A stretch of 61,856 nt of DNA. Source: an uncultured Myxococcales bacterium (GTDB taxonomy: Bacteria; Myxococcota_A; Polyangia; Palsa-1104; JAEUJZ01). The stretch lies in NCBI GenBank assembly GCA_964628555.1, contig CAZVMD010000008.1:1-61856 (forward strand), given 5' to 3'. Shown here piece by piece: positions 24,278-34,151 of this stretch (position 1 is its first letter; every line of letters starts with the position of its first letter). A model generated the notes under the pieces. That model ran no database searches, had not been told where the DNA came from, and saw only the letters and a list, made by a program, of their open reading frames with translations. The translations under genes were made by a program, and so were the position numbers.

Positions 24278-27154
24278 ATGTGTGCCTCTCGGCGTTCGCA
24301 GAGTTTGTGCGCAGCCTCGTCGCGGTGTCTGACCTCTGGTTTCGGGGCTGCAGCTTGGCTGCGTGGCGGGCTAGCTGCCCTGGGCCTCTCGCTCCTGCCG
24401 GCCGCGCTGCTGCCGGCGACGGTGCTGCTGGCACCGACGCTGGCCCAGGCGCAAGGCCGAGCCGGCAGCGAGACGGAAGAAGATGTCCTGTTCAAGAAAG
24501 CCGAGGAGCAGTTCAACGCCGGAGACTACGCGGGCGCGGCTGAGCTGTACGACCAGGTCATCAAGATCAACCCCAACCGCGTCGAGGCCTTCGTCAAGCG
24601 GGCGACTCTGCACTTCCGCGATCGCAACTACGAAAAAGCCATCGAGCTCCTGACGCGGGCCGAAAAGCTCTCGGTGAGCGACCTGACGATCAAGACCGTG
24701 CTCGGCCTGTGCTTCTACGAGAGCGGCCAGCGCGAGCGCGGCCTGTCGTATCTGGAAGACGTGGTCAAGCAGCGCGCCGAGTCGTACGAGGCGCAGTTCC
24801 AAATCGGCAAGCACTACGCTCGTCTGGATCCGACGCGCGCCATCGCCGCACTAGAGCAGTACTTTCGCTATCGCCCCGACGATCAGCGCGGCCTGGACGG
24901 CCTGGCGCAGCTGCACCTGGGCACCGCGTACTATCTGCGCGGTCAGAACAGCGACGCTGCGCGGCTGCTGCAGCAGGCTCGCGATAGCCGACCGCGCGAC
25001 AACCAGATCCGGCAGATGCTGGGCACGGTGTACATCGCGCAGCGCCGCTTTGCTGAAGGGGCCGAGCTGTACGAGTCCTTCCAGGGCGACATCGAGCGCC
25101 GTCCTTCGGTGGCCTTCAACCTTGCGACCTGTTACCTGAACCTCGGGCGACGCGACGAAGCGCGCAAGCTGGCGCAGAAGTATCAAGCGCTGCGGCCGAG
25201 CGATCCACGCGGGCTGATCCTGCTGGCAGCCATCGATCGCAGCAGCGACCGCGAAGCGGATCAGCGGGCGGCGCTGCAGAAGTACGAGCAAGCGCAGGAG
25301 GCGATGCGCGGCAGCCCAGACTCGCTGGAAGCTCGCTCGCGGGTGAACGTGCGCGCCGCCATGGCTCGCACGCATCTGCAGCTGAAAGAGACGCAGAAGG
25401 CCGTGGCGCTGCTAGAGCCGGCGCTGCAAGAGGCCAAGGGCAAGTCGAGCGACAGCGGTCGTCCTGAGACGAGCCGCGAAGAAGCTGAGCTCTTGGCGGT
25501 GATGATCGAGTCGCGCCTGCAGCAGATGAACCAGAGCCGCATCACGCCGGGCTCGCCGCAGGTGCCGGCGGGCCTGCTGCCCTTGGCTGAGCGCTTGGCC
25601 GAGCTGGCAAGTGGAGATGCCCCGGCCCTGGCGCTGGCCGGGAGCGCCGCCTACGCCGCCGGCAGCTTCGAGAAGGCGCGACGATTTTTCAGCGAAGCGC
25701 GCACGCAAGACGACAAGCTGCCGCGGGCCCGCATCGGTCTGTCGCGGACGCTGGAACAGCTGGCGCTCTCCGAAGTGGCGCGGGCCGAAGAAAAAGATCC
25801 GGCGCGCGCCCTCGACAAGACCACCAAGAAGGACGCGCCACCCCTGCCGTCGAGCGACGCCCGCAACGCGGCGCTGGCCAACGCTATGACCCTGCTGCGC
25901 GAGGCGCAGAAGCTGGACGATAGCCCAAGCGTGCAGCGCAACCTGGCCGCCGTGTACCTGCTGCAGGGCAACGCTGCCGAGAGCGAGAAGCTGCTGATGG
26001 CGCCCAACCTGAGCCGCGGCGATGTGCTGGCGCTGCGCCTGCGCTCGCGGGCCCAGCTGGCTCTGGGCAAGACCGCAGCGGCCTTAGAGTCGGCGGAGCG
26101 GGCGGTCGGTGAAGGCAAGAAGCAGCTCGATGGCCTGCCGAGTGCTGAGGGCAATCGCCGACCTCTTCTGAGTCAGCGCCTGGCCGAGGCGCAGATCGAG
26201 CTGGCGGCGCGCTATATGACCGACGGCAAGGACACTCGCGATCGCCTAGAGAAGGCGGTCGAGCTCTTGGAGCAGGCCAGCAAAGAGCTCGCTGCGCAGG
26301 CCGAGGCCAAGGAGATCCTGCGCGCCGCCCAGCGCGATCTGGCCATCGCGCACCTGCGTCGCGGACGCCTGCGGCTGGCCGAAGCCGAGAACCAGATTGG
26401 CAAGAACGGCGTGACCGCGACGACGCTGAAGCTGGCCGAAGATGCACTCTCGGATCTGCAGCAGGCCGTCGATAGCAATCGGCTAGAGAACGTCGCGCAG
26501 AACCGCGAAGTCGGGCAGGCCCTGTGCCTGGCGGCTCTGGCGGCGGCGCAGGCCAACCAGCCGAAGGCGGCGCGTGACTACGTGACGCGGGCAGGGCAGA
26601 GCGGCTGCGAGCTGGTCAGCCCGTACAACCGACTCGGCACCGAGCTGCTCTCGGTCTTTGTGCTGTATCGCGGCACCAACGCGCCGGCGCAGCGCGAGCA
26701 GCTCTTGCGCAGCTTGCCGCGTCTGCAGGGCCGGGCCGGTAATGCTCCAGATGCCGCGACGCTGCAGCGCGTGCTGCGAGCGCTTCTGTATTCGACCAAC
26801 ATGGCGCTGGCCTACGACTACTACGTGACCGGCAAGGCCAAACAGGTCGGTCCGACGCTGCGTGCCGCGCAGAAGACCGCACCGCGCAGCGACGATGAAG
26901 ATGCCATCCTGCAGCACAACCTAGCCATCGTCGATATCAACGAAGGACGCAGTGTCGGCGAAAAGACGCTCGAACGTCTGGGGCAGAATCCCCCCGAAGC
27001 GCTAGTCAACCTGGGCATCCTGCAGGATCGTCGCGGGCAGCCGCGCAAGGCTCTGGATCTGTATCGGCGCGCCTTCGAGCGTGGGGCGCGTACGCCGAAG
27101 CTGCGTGAGTGGATCGATACCAAGGACCGCCTGCTGGGCGGATCGGCGCAGTAG
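24278..27154 (+). CDS. Large exported TPR-repeat protein
   Basis: N-terminal hydrophobic signal ending TLAQAQG. Many TPR-like units (AEEQFNAGDYAGAAELYDQVIKINPN..., AFNLATCYLNLGRRDEARKL...). Confidence 0.8.
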   Translation: MCASRRSQSLCAASSRCLTSGFGAAAWLRGGLAALGLSLLPAALLPATVLLAPTLAQAQGRAGSETEEDVLFKKAEEQFNAGDYAGAAELYDQVIKINPNRVEAFVKRATLHFRDRNYEKAIELLTRAEKLSVSDLTIKTVLGLCFYESGQRERGLSYLEDVVKQRAESYEAQFQIGKHYARLDPTRAIAALEQYFRYRPDDQRGLDGLAQLHLGTAYYLRGQNSDAARLLQQARDSRPRDNQIRQMLGTVYIAQRRFAEGAELYESFQGDIERRPSVAFNLATCYLNLGRRDEARKLAQKYQALRPSDPRGLILLAAIDRSSDREADQRAALQKYEQAQEAMRGSPDSLEARSRVNVRAAMARTHLQLKETQKAVALLEPALQEAKGKSSDSGRPETSREEAELLAVMIESRLQQMNQSRITPGSPQVPAGLLPLAERLAELASGDAPALALAGSAAYAAGSFEKARRFFSEARTQDDKLPRARIGLSRTLEQLALSEVARAEEKDPARALDKTTKKDAPPLPSSDARNAALANAMTLLREAQKLDDSPSVQRNLAAVYLLQGNAAESEKLLMAPNLSRGDVLALRLRSRAQLALGKTAAALESAERAVGEGKKQLDGLPSAEGNRRPLLSQRLAEAQIELAARYMTDGKDTRDRLEKAVELLEQASKELAAQAEAKEILRAAQRDLAIAHLRRGRLRLAEAENQIGKNGVTATTLKLAEDALSDLQQAVDSNRLENVAQNREVGQALCLAALAAAQANQPKAARDYVTRAGQSGCELVSPYNRLGTELLSVFVLYRGTNAPAQREQLLRSLPRLQGRAGNAPDAATLQRVLRALLYSTNMALAYDYYVTGKAKQVGPTLRAAQKTAPRSDDEDAILQHNLAIVDINEGRSVGEKTLERLGQNPPEALVNLGILQDRRGQPRKALDLYRRAFERGARTPKLREWIDTKDRLLGGSAQ

Positions 27155-27161
27155 GGAAGGG

Positions 27162-28163
27162 ATGGGAACGTCGATGACAAAGACCCGCAGAGCTGATCGT
27201 ACCGTCCGCCATCCCTGGCTTCATCGCTGTGCTATCGCACTTGGGGCGCTGTTCTTGGCTGGGCTACCGCAGGTCTCCTCGGCCCAGGACGCGGGGCAGT
27301 CGCTGGTGCTGGCGCTGTATGCGCCGCTGGCGCCGCTGCCTTCGGCGGATGCCCGCTTCGCGTTCGTGGACAAGCTGGCGCGGCAGCTGCAAAGCGCCGG
27401 CATCTCGGCGCAGCCGAAGGTCTTTGCTCGCGCGACCGACCTGGATGCGGCGATCAAGCGAGGTCAGGTCGATCTCGCGGTGCTCGATGCGTTCTATCTG
27501 GCCGAGCGCGGCGGCAACTACAACGTGCTCGCGGTGGCGACAGCGGCCGGCGAGCCCTACCTGCGCTGGGGCCTGCATACGCACCTGCCAGGCAACAGCA
27601 TCCTCGACCTGACCAGCAAGCGCCTGGCCTGGGTCTCGCCCGCCGGGGCCAAAGAGGCGACGTACATCAACAACGTACTTCTCTATGGCGAGCTGCGGGT
27701 GGCGCAGTTTTTCACGATGAGCGGTCCGGCGCCCGATATCAGCGCGGCGGTCAGTGACGTTGTGCTGCGTCGCGCCGACTGCGTCTTCGCGCCCGAGCCG
27801 GCGGTGCAGGGCAAGTCGCTGCGTCGCGTCTACGATGCGGGTGAAGCGGGCCGCATTCCCAATCCAGCGCTGGTGCAGGTCTCGGCCAAGGTCTCGGCCG
27901 ACGTTGCAGCGAACGTGCGCAAGGCGCTGGCGAGCTTCAACACCACCGGCATCCTCGATGGCTGGCGCACCAGTGCTTCGGTGGGTGAGCCGTATCGTCA
28001 GCTGCGCAGCCGCCTGCGCGGCCGTCCCGATCGCAGCCTGATCCTGGCAGAGCCGTCGCGCGCCAACACGCAGGTGCAGAGCAGCATGGTGGCCAACCTG
28101 GACACTCAGCTGCTGCTGCCGCCGGCCCGCGCTCTGCTGGCGCCGCCGAGTGATCTGCCCTAG
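27162..28163 (+). CDS. Periplasmic substrate-binding-like protein (PhnD/phosphonate-binding fold candidate)
   Basis: Starts 8 nt after the TPR gene stop. Signal peptide ...ALFLAGLPQVSSAQD. LVLALYAPL...ARATDLDAAIKRGQVDLAVLDAFYL resembles type-2 SBP/PhnD-like proteins. No transporter genes are adjacent. Confidence 0.5.
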   Translation: MGTSMTKTRRADRTVRHPWLHRCAIALGALFLAGLPQVSSAQDAGQSLVLALYAPLAPLPSADARFAFVDKLARQLQSAGISAQPKVFARATDLDAAIKRGQVDLAVLDAFYLAERGGNYNVLAVATAAGEPYLRWGLHTHLPGNSILDLTSKRLAWVSPAGAKEATYINNVLLYGELRVAQFFTMSGPAPDISAAVSDVVLRRADCVFAPEPAVQGKSLRRVYDAGEAGRIPNPALVQVSAKVSADVAANVRKALASFNTTGILDGWRTSASVGEPYRQLRSRLRGRPDRSLILAEPSRANTQVQSSMVANLDTQLLLPPARALLAPPSDLP

Positions 28164-28241
28164 CGTCGCGGCGCGCTCCCCGGTTGGTCGAGGATGCAAG
28201 GCGTCTGCCGCTGGCCCCACGAATCGCGCTAAGGTGCAGTC

Positions 28242-28691
28242 ATGACGGACCGCGACGATCGCAGCGAGAGGCGCTATTTCACCCTCGATGAGGCCAACGC
28301 CCTCCTGCCCTGGCTGGAGGAATGCTTCGGCAGGCTGATGCAGCTGCGCGGTCAGCTGCGCGGCCTGTACACGACACTCGATGGCTTGGGGCATCGCCCT
28401 GATGCGCAGAGCCTAAGCAGCAGCTCGGGATCGCCCGAGGTGCAGGCCGCGCGCGCCAAGTTCCGTGGCCTGATGGAGATCGTCCACGAAGAGCTGGCCA
28501 CCATCGCCGATGCTGGCGTCGAGGTGAAAGACCTCGACACGGGGCTGTGCGACTTCTGGTCGATCAGCGCGGTCCCCGGGCGCGAGGTCTACCTGTGCTG
28601 GCGCTATGGCGAAAAGCGCATCGAGTTCTATCACGAGCCCCAGGCTGGCTTCGCGGGCCGCAGGCCCATCCCGGTGATTCCGCCGGCCTAG
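28242..28691 (+). CDS. DUF2203-family protein
   Basis: RYFTLDEANALLPWLEE at the N-terminus. C-terminal GREVYLCWRYGEKRIEFYHEPQAGFAGRRPI, as I remember it for DUF2203. Confidence 0.7.
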   Translation: MTDRDDRSERRYFTLDEANALLPWLEECFGRLMQLRGQLRGLYTTLDGLGHRPDAQSLSSSSGSPEVQAARAKFRGLMEIVHEELATIADAGVEVKDLDTGLCDFWSISAVPGREVYLCWRYGEKRIEFYHEPQAGFAGRRPIPVIPPA

Positions 28692-28713
28692 AGCAGCGGG
28701 CGCGGGGGCCGAC

Positions 28714-29775
28714 CTAGTGCGCCTTGTGTGCTGCGGCGGGGGCGGTTAGCCAGTCGAGGCTGCGTCCGTCTTGCGCGAACAGGCCCTGCAGCACCGACAG
28801 GTCATCGACCTTCTGCCCCAGGGAATCGGCGATAGCAGCGATGCGGATCACCGCCTCGCGGTATAGCTGCAGCGGCGTCGCATCCAGCCGCTTGTCGAAG
28901 CGGCTGACGCGCACAAACGATGCGCTGATGGTGATGTACGGCTTGGCGCTGCTGTCTTTGCGCGGATCGGTCGTAAATGACTCAATGGTCAGGACGGTCG
29001 GCTCGTTGCCGGCCATGCCTAGATCGCCGCGATAGAAGTTGTTGGGGCTGGCAAACTGCGTCGGCTGGTAGTCCGAGCGCCGCACCATCGAGGCCATGCT
29101 GGGAGCGATGTAGCTCATCCGCGCGCCGCCCTGCGCCAGGCCGGCCTCCAGTACGTAGTACTTGGGCAGCGTGTCGCCAAACTTCTCATAGGCCAGCAGC
29201 ACCGAGATCGCGGCAAAGCGCACGCCATCGCGGCGCACCGGTGTAATCAGCTCAGCCCGCTCGCAGGGATAGGCCTTGTTGAGCAGATCTTGGCGGTTGC
29301 GCAGCAGGTGGTCGGTGGCTAGCACATCGCCGATCGCGGTGCTTAGGCGATAGCTGTCTCCGTCGTTCGGCAGGCTGATGCGGACCATCGGAATGGTACC
29401 GACGAAGTCCGATCCGCCGTGTCGATGATGGCGGCTGTTGACGATGTAGTAGCGCGGCAAGCCATCGCTTGGCTCATCGCTGCCACCGCCGGAGAAGCTG
29501 TGATCGAGCTTGCGCCGCAGCGCTGAGTTGTCCTCTGGCAAGCTGTCGAGATACCCAGCCGGCGGATCCGGCAGACCCAGCTTGCGGGCCGCTTCGGGAT
29601 GCTCCTTCCACATCAGGATCACGAAGCGATCGACGAGCTCGTCAGCGACCGCGCCGAAGGTCGGGCTGCCGACGGCGCCGCCGGGAATCGCATGCTGCAG
29701 ATAGCCGCGAATGCGCTCATAGACGGCGGGCGAGAGGATGGACTTAACGGTGAGCTCTGAGCTGTCTTTTTGCAT
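28714..29775 (-). CDS. Hypothetical 353-aa protein, no recognisable domain, no signal peptide
   Basis: Long ORF with high GC3. Lies 21 nt downstream of the PSI-lipoprotein gene on the same strand. Confidence 0.7.
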   Translation of the reverse strand: MQKDSSELTVKSILSPAVYERIRGYLQHAIPGGAVGSPTFGAVADELVDRFVILMWKEHPEAARKLGLPDPPAGYLDSLPEDNSALRRKLDHSFSGGGSDEPSDGLPRYYIVNSRHHRHGGSDFVGTIPMVRISLPNDGDSYRLSTAIGDVLATDHLLRNRQDLLNKAYPCERAELITPVRRDGVRFAAISVLLAYEKFGDTLPKYYVLEAGLAQGGARMSYIAPSMASMVRRSDYQPTQFASPNNFYRGDLGMAGNEPTVLTIESFTTDPRKDSSAKPYITISASFVRVSRFDKRLDATPLQLYREAVIRIAAIADSLGQKVDDLSVLQGLFAQDGRSLDWLTAPAAAHKAH

Positions 29776-29796
29776 GAGGCATTGACTCCTGCGGCG

Positions 29797-30114
29797 CTAC
29801 TTGCCGGCCTGCTGCGCGGTCTGGGCTTGGTTGCTTGGGGGATCCGCCGGGCAGAGCTGCTGCTCGGGGTCTTTCGGGATCCAGCCGCTGGCGCAGGCCT
29901 GCGCGCGATCGCTGGCCAGGCAGCGCTTGGACTCGCTGCACCAGCCACAGCGCGCATCGGAAACGCACTGGCCGCAGTTGGGGATGGTGTCGCAGGCCGA
30001 GGCGGCGGTGTTGCCGGCCCCCGACGCGCTGGGGATCAGGTTGCGGGGCTGACAGGCCGACAGCAGCGAAGCCGAGAGCAGCGATGCGCAGATGACAGCA
30101 GCGAGCGTTTTCAT
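29797..30114 (-). CDS. Small lipoprotein with PSI (plexin-semaphorin-integrin)-like Cys-rich domain
   Basis: Start at MKTLAAVICASLLSASLLSAC (lipobox LSAC). Cys pattern CDTIPNCGQCVSDARCGWCSESKRCLASDRAQAC matches the PSI CGWC-type pattern. Confidence 0.7.
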   Translation of the reverse strand: MKTLAAVICASLLSASLLSACQPRNLIPSASGAGNTAASACDTIPNCGQCVSDARCGWCSESKRCLASDRAQACASGWIPKDPEQQLCPADPPSNQAQTAQQAGK

Positions 30115-30361
30115 CCATTCCTCCATGCTGCGCGGCCGGGCCAGGAGGCTCGACGGAGCAGGCCGTACAGACCGCGACCGGCCGATCGTACCCGATGGCC
30201 AAGACGGAGGGGGAGCAAAGTGCGCGCGGTGGGGCGCTAGCAGATGTTCAGAACAGCGCGGGCGAAAGCGGTGGGCGGAGGAAGGCGGCGGGTCGAGGAA
30301 GGCGGCTAGGGAGTCGGAGCGGAGACTGCTTGCGCCCGCGCGCTTTCCTCGGGCTTTCGGA

Positions 30362-31153
30362 CTACAGGTACTTTTCGACGAAGCTCTTGTAGCTATCGAC
30401 GCGCGTGCTCGACGACTCGAACAGGCAGAGCAGGATGCCGAAGGAGTTCACGCCGATCACGGTCTCGACGCCGCCGATCTTGGCCAGCACCGGGCCGCCC
30501 GAGTCGCCCTGGCAGATTCCCTTCCACGGGATCAGCGAGCCCGTCTTGACGAACTTATCGTCGAAGCTGTTGAGCTTGATGCTGAGCTGACGCTTCACGC
30601 CAGCGCCCTTCTTGTTGACGCTGTCGTTGAGGCCATAGCCGACCAAGCGCACCGTCTTGCCCGTCAGATCAGTGGGCAGCGGGTTCTTGTTCCAGGCGAT
30701 CGGGGTCAGTGTGGTCGGGCTCTCCAGGATGGCGACGGCGATGTCATGACCGTCGAGGATGTTGATCCGGCTGAACAGCGGATCCCAGTGCACTTCCTTG
30801 ACCTTGAGGCGCGGGCTCGGCTTGCTCGGGTCGGTCAGATCGGGGGCGGTCAGGACGTTAAACTCGGCCTTGGCGCCGACCAGATCTGGGTGGACGCAGT
30901 GCGCAGCGGTCAGCACCACAGTTGGCGAGATGATGGTCGCCGTACACAGCGCGCCCGCCATCTTGTCGGGCTCTTTGGCGTAGAGCGCGACGATTGACGG
31001 ATCGCCGGTGTTGAGCACGCCGCCGATGATGGCGTTTTCGCTCTGTGCCGTGCTGTCCTGGGGTTCCTCGGCGGGAGCGCCGCAGCCAACGGTGGCCGCC
31101 ACGGCGAAGAGCGACAGCCGAGCCAGAAAGGACAGGTTGCATGACAGGTGCAT
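30362..31153 (-). CDS. Trypsin-like serine protease (S1 family), probable lipoprotein
   Basis: AAGGAG-type RBS, start at MHLSCNLSFLARLSLFAVAATVGC. IIGG at the mature N-terminus. Catalytic motifs TAAHCV, HDIAV and CQGDSGGPV. Confidence 0.85.
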   Translation of the reverse strand: MHLSCNLSFLARLSLFAVAATVGCGAPAEEPQDSTAQSENAIIGGVLNTGDPSIVALYAKEPDKMAGALCTATIISPTVVLTAAHCVHPDLVGAKAEFNVLTAPDLTDPSKPSPRLKVKEVHWDPLFSRINILDGHDIAVAILESPTTLTPIAWNKNPLPTDLTGKTVRLVGYGLNDSVNKKGAGVKRQLSIKLNSFDDKFVKTGSLIPWKGICQGDSGGPVLAKIGGVETVIGVNSFGILLCLFESSSTRVDSYKSFVEKYL

Positions 31154-31415
31154 GGGGACTCCTTTGTTGCGTGGTTTGCGGTGGGTTGCGGTGAGGTTCC
31201 GCAGGTCTTGTGAAGTCAGCTTCCGATTGCGGATAGCCGCTGCAGGATGCGAGGTATCGCGCCGCCTCTCCGTCGTCAATTGGTGGGAGTGTCGCTCCCG
31301 CCTGGGGCCCCTGCTCCCAGCGCTGGATCGGGTCTGCTCCGCTTCGCGGCCAGGCTGCTGTCTTGGCTCGGCAATCGCGAGCCGCGGCGTGCCGCAGGCG
31401 TGATAGTGTGCCGAC

Positions 31416-34151
31416 GTGACTGGGATGACAGATTCTTCTAGCCTGCCGCCCTGGCTGCGCGAGCTCTTGTCAGAGCTAGGTCCGGCGCGCGTGTCGTTGA
31501 CCGACGAGGACCGCCACGTCTATGCCCGCGATCTGTGGCCGCGCACGACGCTAAATATCGCCGCGGGTCTGCCGCTGCCGGCCCGGCCGCGGGCCGTGGT
31601 GTGGCCGGACTCAGCGGCCCAGGTGGCGCAGGTCGTGCGGCTCTGTCAGCGTCACCACATCCCGCTGGTGCCGTACGGCGCCGGCTCTGGGGTGGGCGGC
31701 GCCGCCGTCGGGCCGGAGGGCAGCTTGGTGCTCGACACCAAGGCCATGCGGGGCGTTCAGATCGATCGCGCGGCCGGCACCGTCACCTGCGAGCCCGGCG
31801 TGCTCGGCTGGCATCTTGAGCAGCAGCTTCAGCGGGCCGGTCTGACGCTCGGCCACTTCCCCTCGTCGATTATGTGCTCGACCGTGGGCGGCTGGGTGGC
31901 GACGCGCGGGGCCGGCCAGATGTCGACCAAGTACGGCAAGATCGAAGACATGATCCGTTCGCTGTCGCTGGTCAGCGGCACCGGCGAGCTCCTGCGGGTC
32001 GAAAATGGCGACGCCGGCGGACCGGATCTGCTGCAGTGCATGGTCGGCAGCGAAGGGGTGCTAGGCATCCTTACCAGCCTGTGCTTCACGGCGCGCACCA
32101 AGCCCGCGGCTCGTCGCCTGCGCGGCTTCGCCTTCCCTTCGGTGGAGGCCGGCTGCAACGCCATCCGTCACCTCATGCAGCGCGGACTGCGGCCGGCGGT
32201 GGTGCGACTTTATGACGAGCTGGATACTGTGATCGCTGGCGCCGGTCGCGGCAAAGGTGGCGAGCAGCGCTCGAGCTCACTCGCTTCGCCATCGCTCGCC
32301 CGCATCGGCGATCGCATTTTCGCGGCGCTTGGACGCGGCGCGGGTCCCAGCGGTGCACCGTTCGATGTCGAGGAGCTACTGCGCTTTCTCAAGCCCGATG
32401 CTGATCGCTTGCGCGGTCGCCTGGAGCAGTGGCTGCTCAAGAGCGCACTCAGCGAGCCGGGATCGCTCCAGCGCTTGATGGACGCAGCGCTGGGACGTCT
32501 GGGGGCCGAGTGTCTGCTGATCCTGGGCTTTGAAGGCGATGAGCACATCGTCCAAGCCGAGGACAGCTGCGCCCGCGAAGAGATGAGCCACTGCGGCGGG
32601 CGCGACCTGGGACCTGAGCCCGGGCAGCGCTGGCTAGCCCACCGCTACAACGTCAGCTTCAAGATGTCGCGCGTCTTCCGCGCCGGTGCCTTCAGCGACA
32701 CCATCGAAGTAGCCACCACCTGGGACCGGCTCTTGCCGCTGTATCGAGCGGTGCGCGCCGCCGTCGCTCCGCACGCCTTGATCATGGCCCACTTCAGCCA
32801 CGCCTATATCGAGGGCTGCTCGATTTACTTTACGATCATGGCTCGGCGTAGTGGCTCGCTGCTGCTGCCGGCCGCTGAGCGCGAAGCGGCTCTGGCCGTG
32901 GATCATCAGCGCTACGACACGATCTGGCAGGCGGCGATGACCGCAGCGCTGCGAGTTGGAGCGGCGATTAGCCATCACCATGGCGTGGGTCGGCTGAAGA
33001 CGCCCTATTTGGCTGACGATCAGCGCGATGGCATGCGCTTGCTCGCTAGCCTGAAGCAGGCCTGCGACCCGGCGCTGATCTGCAATCCGGGCAACCTGCT
33101 GCCCGAAAAGCTCACCGGCCTCAGCGACGAACCGCCGCCTGCTGGGAGTGGGGGACTGCCGCAGCTACCGCCCGTCGGTAGCGCGGCCAGCTTTCTATTT
33201 GCAGCGCGTGGCGAGCAGCGTCTCGCTGAGATCGAAGCGACGCTGCAGAGCCAAGGCCGCACGCTGGGCTGGCTGCCGCCCTGGACCTATGGCCGCACGC
33301 TGGCCGAAGCCCTGCAGCATCCGCGACCCAGCGAAGCGAGCCTCGTCTCGGGGCGGCTGCGCGATCGCGTAGCCCAGCTCGCCGTGTCGCTACCAGATGG
33401 CCGTCCGTGCATCGTGCCACCCTCGGTCGCGCCGCGGCGTGCAACCGGACCGGATGTCAGCCAGCTCTTGCTGGGCAGCGGGGGTGAGCTGCCTGGCCTG
33501 CGCGTCCATCAGGCGCTGCTGCGCTGTCGGCCCAAGGCGATGGGGGATGGCTGGATCGGGCTGCGCTATTCCGATCCGCAGCAGGTGGCACAGGCGCTGT
33601 GCCGAGCCCGCGCTCTGCATGGCTCTACCGCCTTCGACGAGGCCCTGGTCCTCAGCCGTGAGCTCATGGCTCGCATCCCGGGCGCCGAGGGGGTGCTGAT
33701 GGGCGCGAGCTATGCGCTCTTCTTGTACGCCGCTGGACCCGCCGCGCTGCAGGCCCAGACGCTGGCTGCCCTGCGCGAGACACTGGCTCGCGTACCTCCG
33801 CTCGGCGATCTGCCAAGCGCGCTTGGCGCGTCGCTGTGGGGCAGCGGATCAGCCTTGGCCAGCGCACCTGAGCTGCGCGTCGACTGTGCCGTGCAGGACA
33901 GTGCCGATGCCTTGGCGGCGGTGCTGCAGTCCACAGCCGGTCCACGTCTGCTCTGCGGTGTCTACCTGCACGGTGTCGCGTTCGTCGGTGGAGGGCTGCC
34001 TGAAGCCAGCGGCACCCTCCGAGCCGCAGCGCCGCCACAGGGCAGCGAGGCGTCGGCTAGCGCGCAGCAGCAGCTCTGGCCGCGGCTGTGCTCCGAGCTG
34101 AGTCGTGGTGCCCCTCAACCTCTGTCCGCGCTGGACTCCTCCGATGCCTGA
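31416..34151 (+). CDS. FAD-linked oxidase, GlcD-like N-half fused to a GlcE-like/degenerate C-half
   Basis: FAD_binding_4-like VVWPDSAAQVAQVVRLCQRHHIPLVPYGAGSGVGGAA...STVGGWVATRGAGQMSTKYGKIEDM. HHHGVGRLK in the oxidase C-domain. About 400 further residues follow, and the end overlaps the next gene by 8 nt. Confidence 0.8.
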   Translation: MTGMTDSSSLPPWLRELLSELGPARVSLTDEDRHVYARDLWPRTTLNIAAGLPLPARPRAVVWPDSAAQVAQVVRLCQRHHIPLVPYGAGSGVGGAAVGPEGSLVLDTKAMRGVQIDRAAGTVTCEPGVLGWHLEQQLQRAGLTLGHFPSSIMCSTVGGWVATRGAGQMSTKYGKIEDMIRSLSLVSGTGELLRVENGDAGGPDLLQCMVGSEGVLGILTSLCFTARTKPAARRLRGFAFPSVEAGCNAIRHLMQRGLRPAVVRLYDELDTVIAGAGRGKGGEQRSSSLASPSLARIGDRIFAALGRGAGPSGAPFDVEELLRFLKPDADRLRGRLEQWLLKSALSEPGSLQRLMDAALGRLGAECLLILGFEGDEHIVQAEDSCAREEMSHCGGRDLGPEPGQRWLAHRYNVSFKMSRVFRAGAFSDTIEVATTWDRLLPLYRAVRAAVAPHALIMAHFSHAYIEGCSIYFTIMARRSGSLLLPAAEREAALAVDHQRYDTIWQAAMTAALRVGAAISHHHGVGRLKTPYLADDQRDGMRLLASLKQACDPALICNPGNLLPEKLTGLSDEPPPAGSGGLPQLPPVGSAASFLFAARGEQRLAEIEATLQSQGRTLGWLPPWTYGRTLAEALQHPRPSEASLVSGRLRDRVAQLAVSLPDGRPCIVPPSVAPRRATGPDVSQLLLGSGGELPGLRVHQALLRCRPKAMGDGWIGLRYSDPQQVAQALCRARALHGSTAFDEALVLSRELMARIPGAEGVLMGASYALFLYAAGPAALQAQTLAALRETLARVPPLGDLPSALGASLWGSGSALASAPELRVDCAVQDSADALAAVLQSTAGPRLLCGVYLHGVAFVGGGLPEASGTLRAAAPPQGSEASASAQQQLWPRLCSELSRGAPQPLSALDSSDA

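Noticed and set aside
27264-28394. 376-aa ORF antisense to the SBP-like gene, running into the DUF2203 gene
   Set aside because: The translation is Arg/Gln/Ala-rich. It spans an intergenic region and parts of two sense genes that have signal-peptide or family motifs and a high-GC3 frame.
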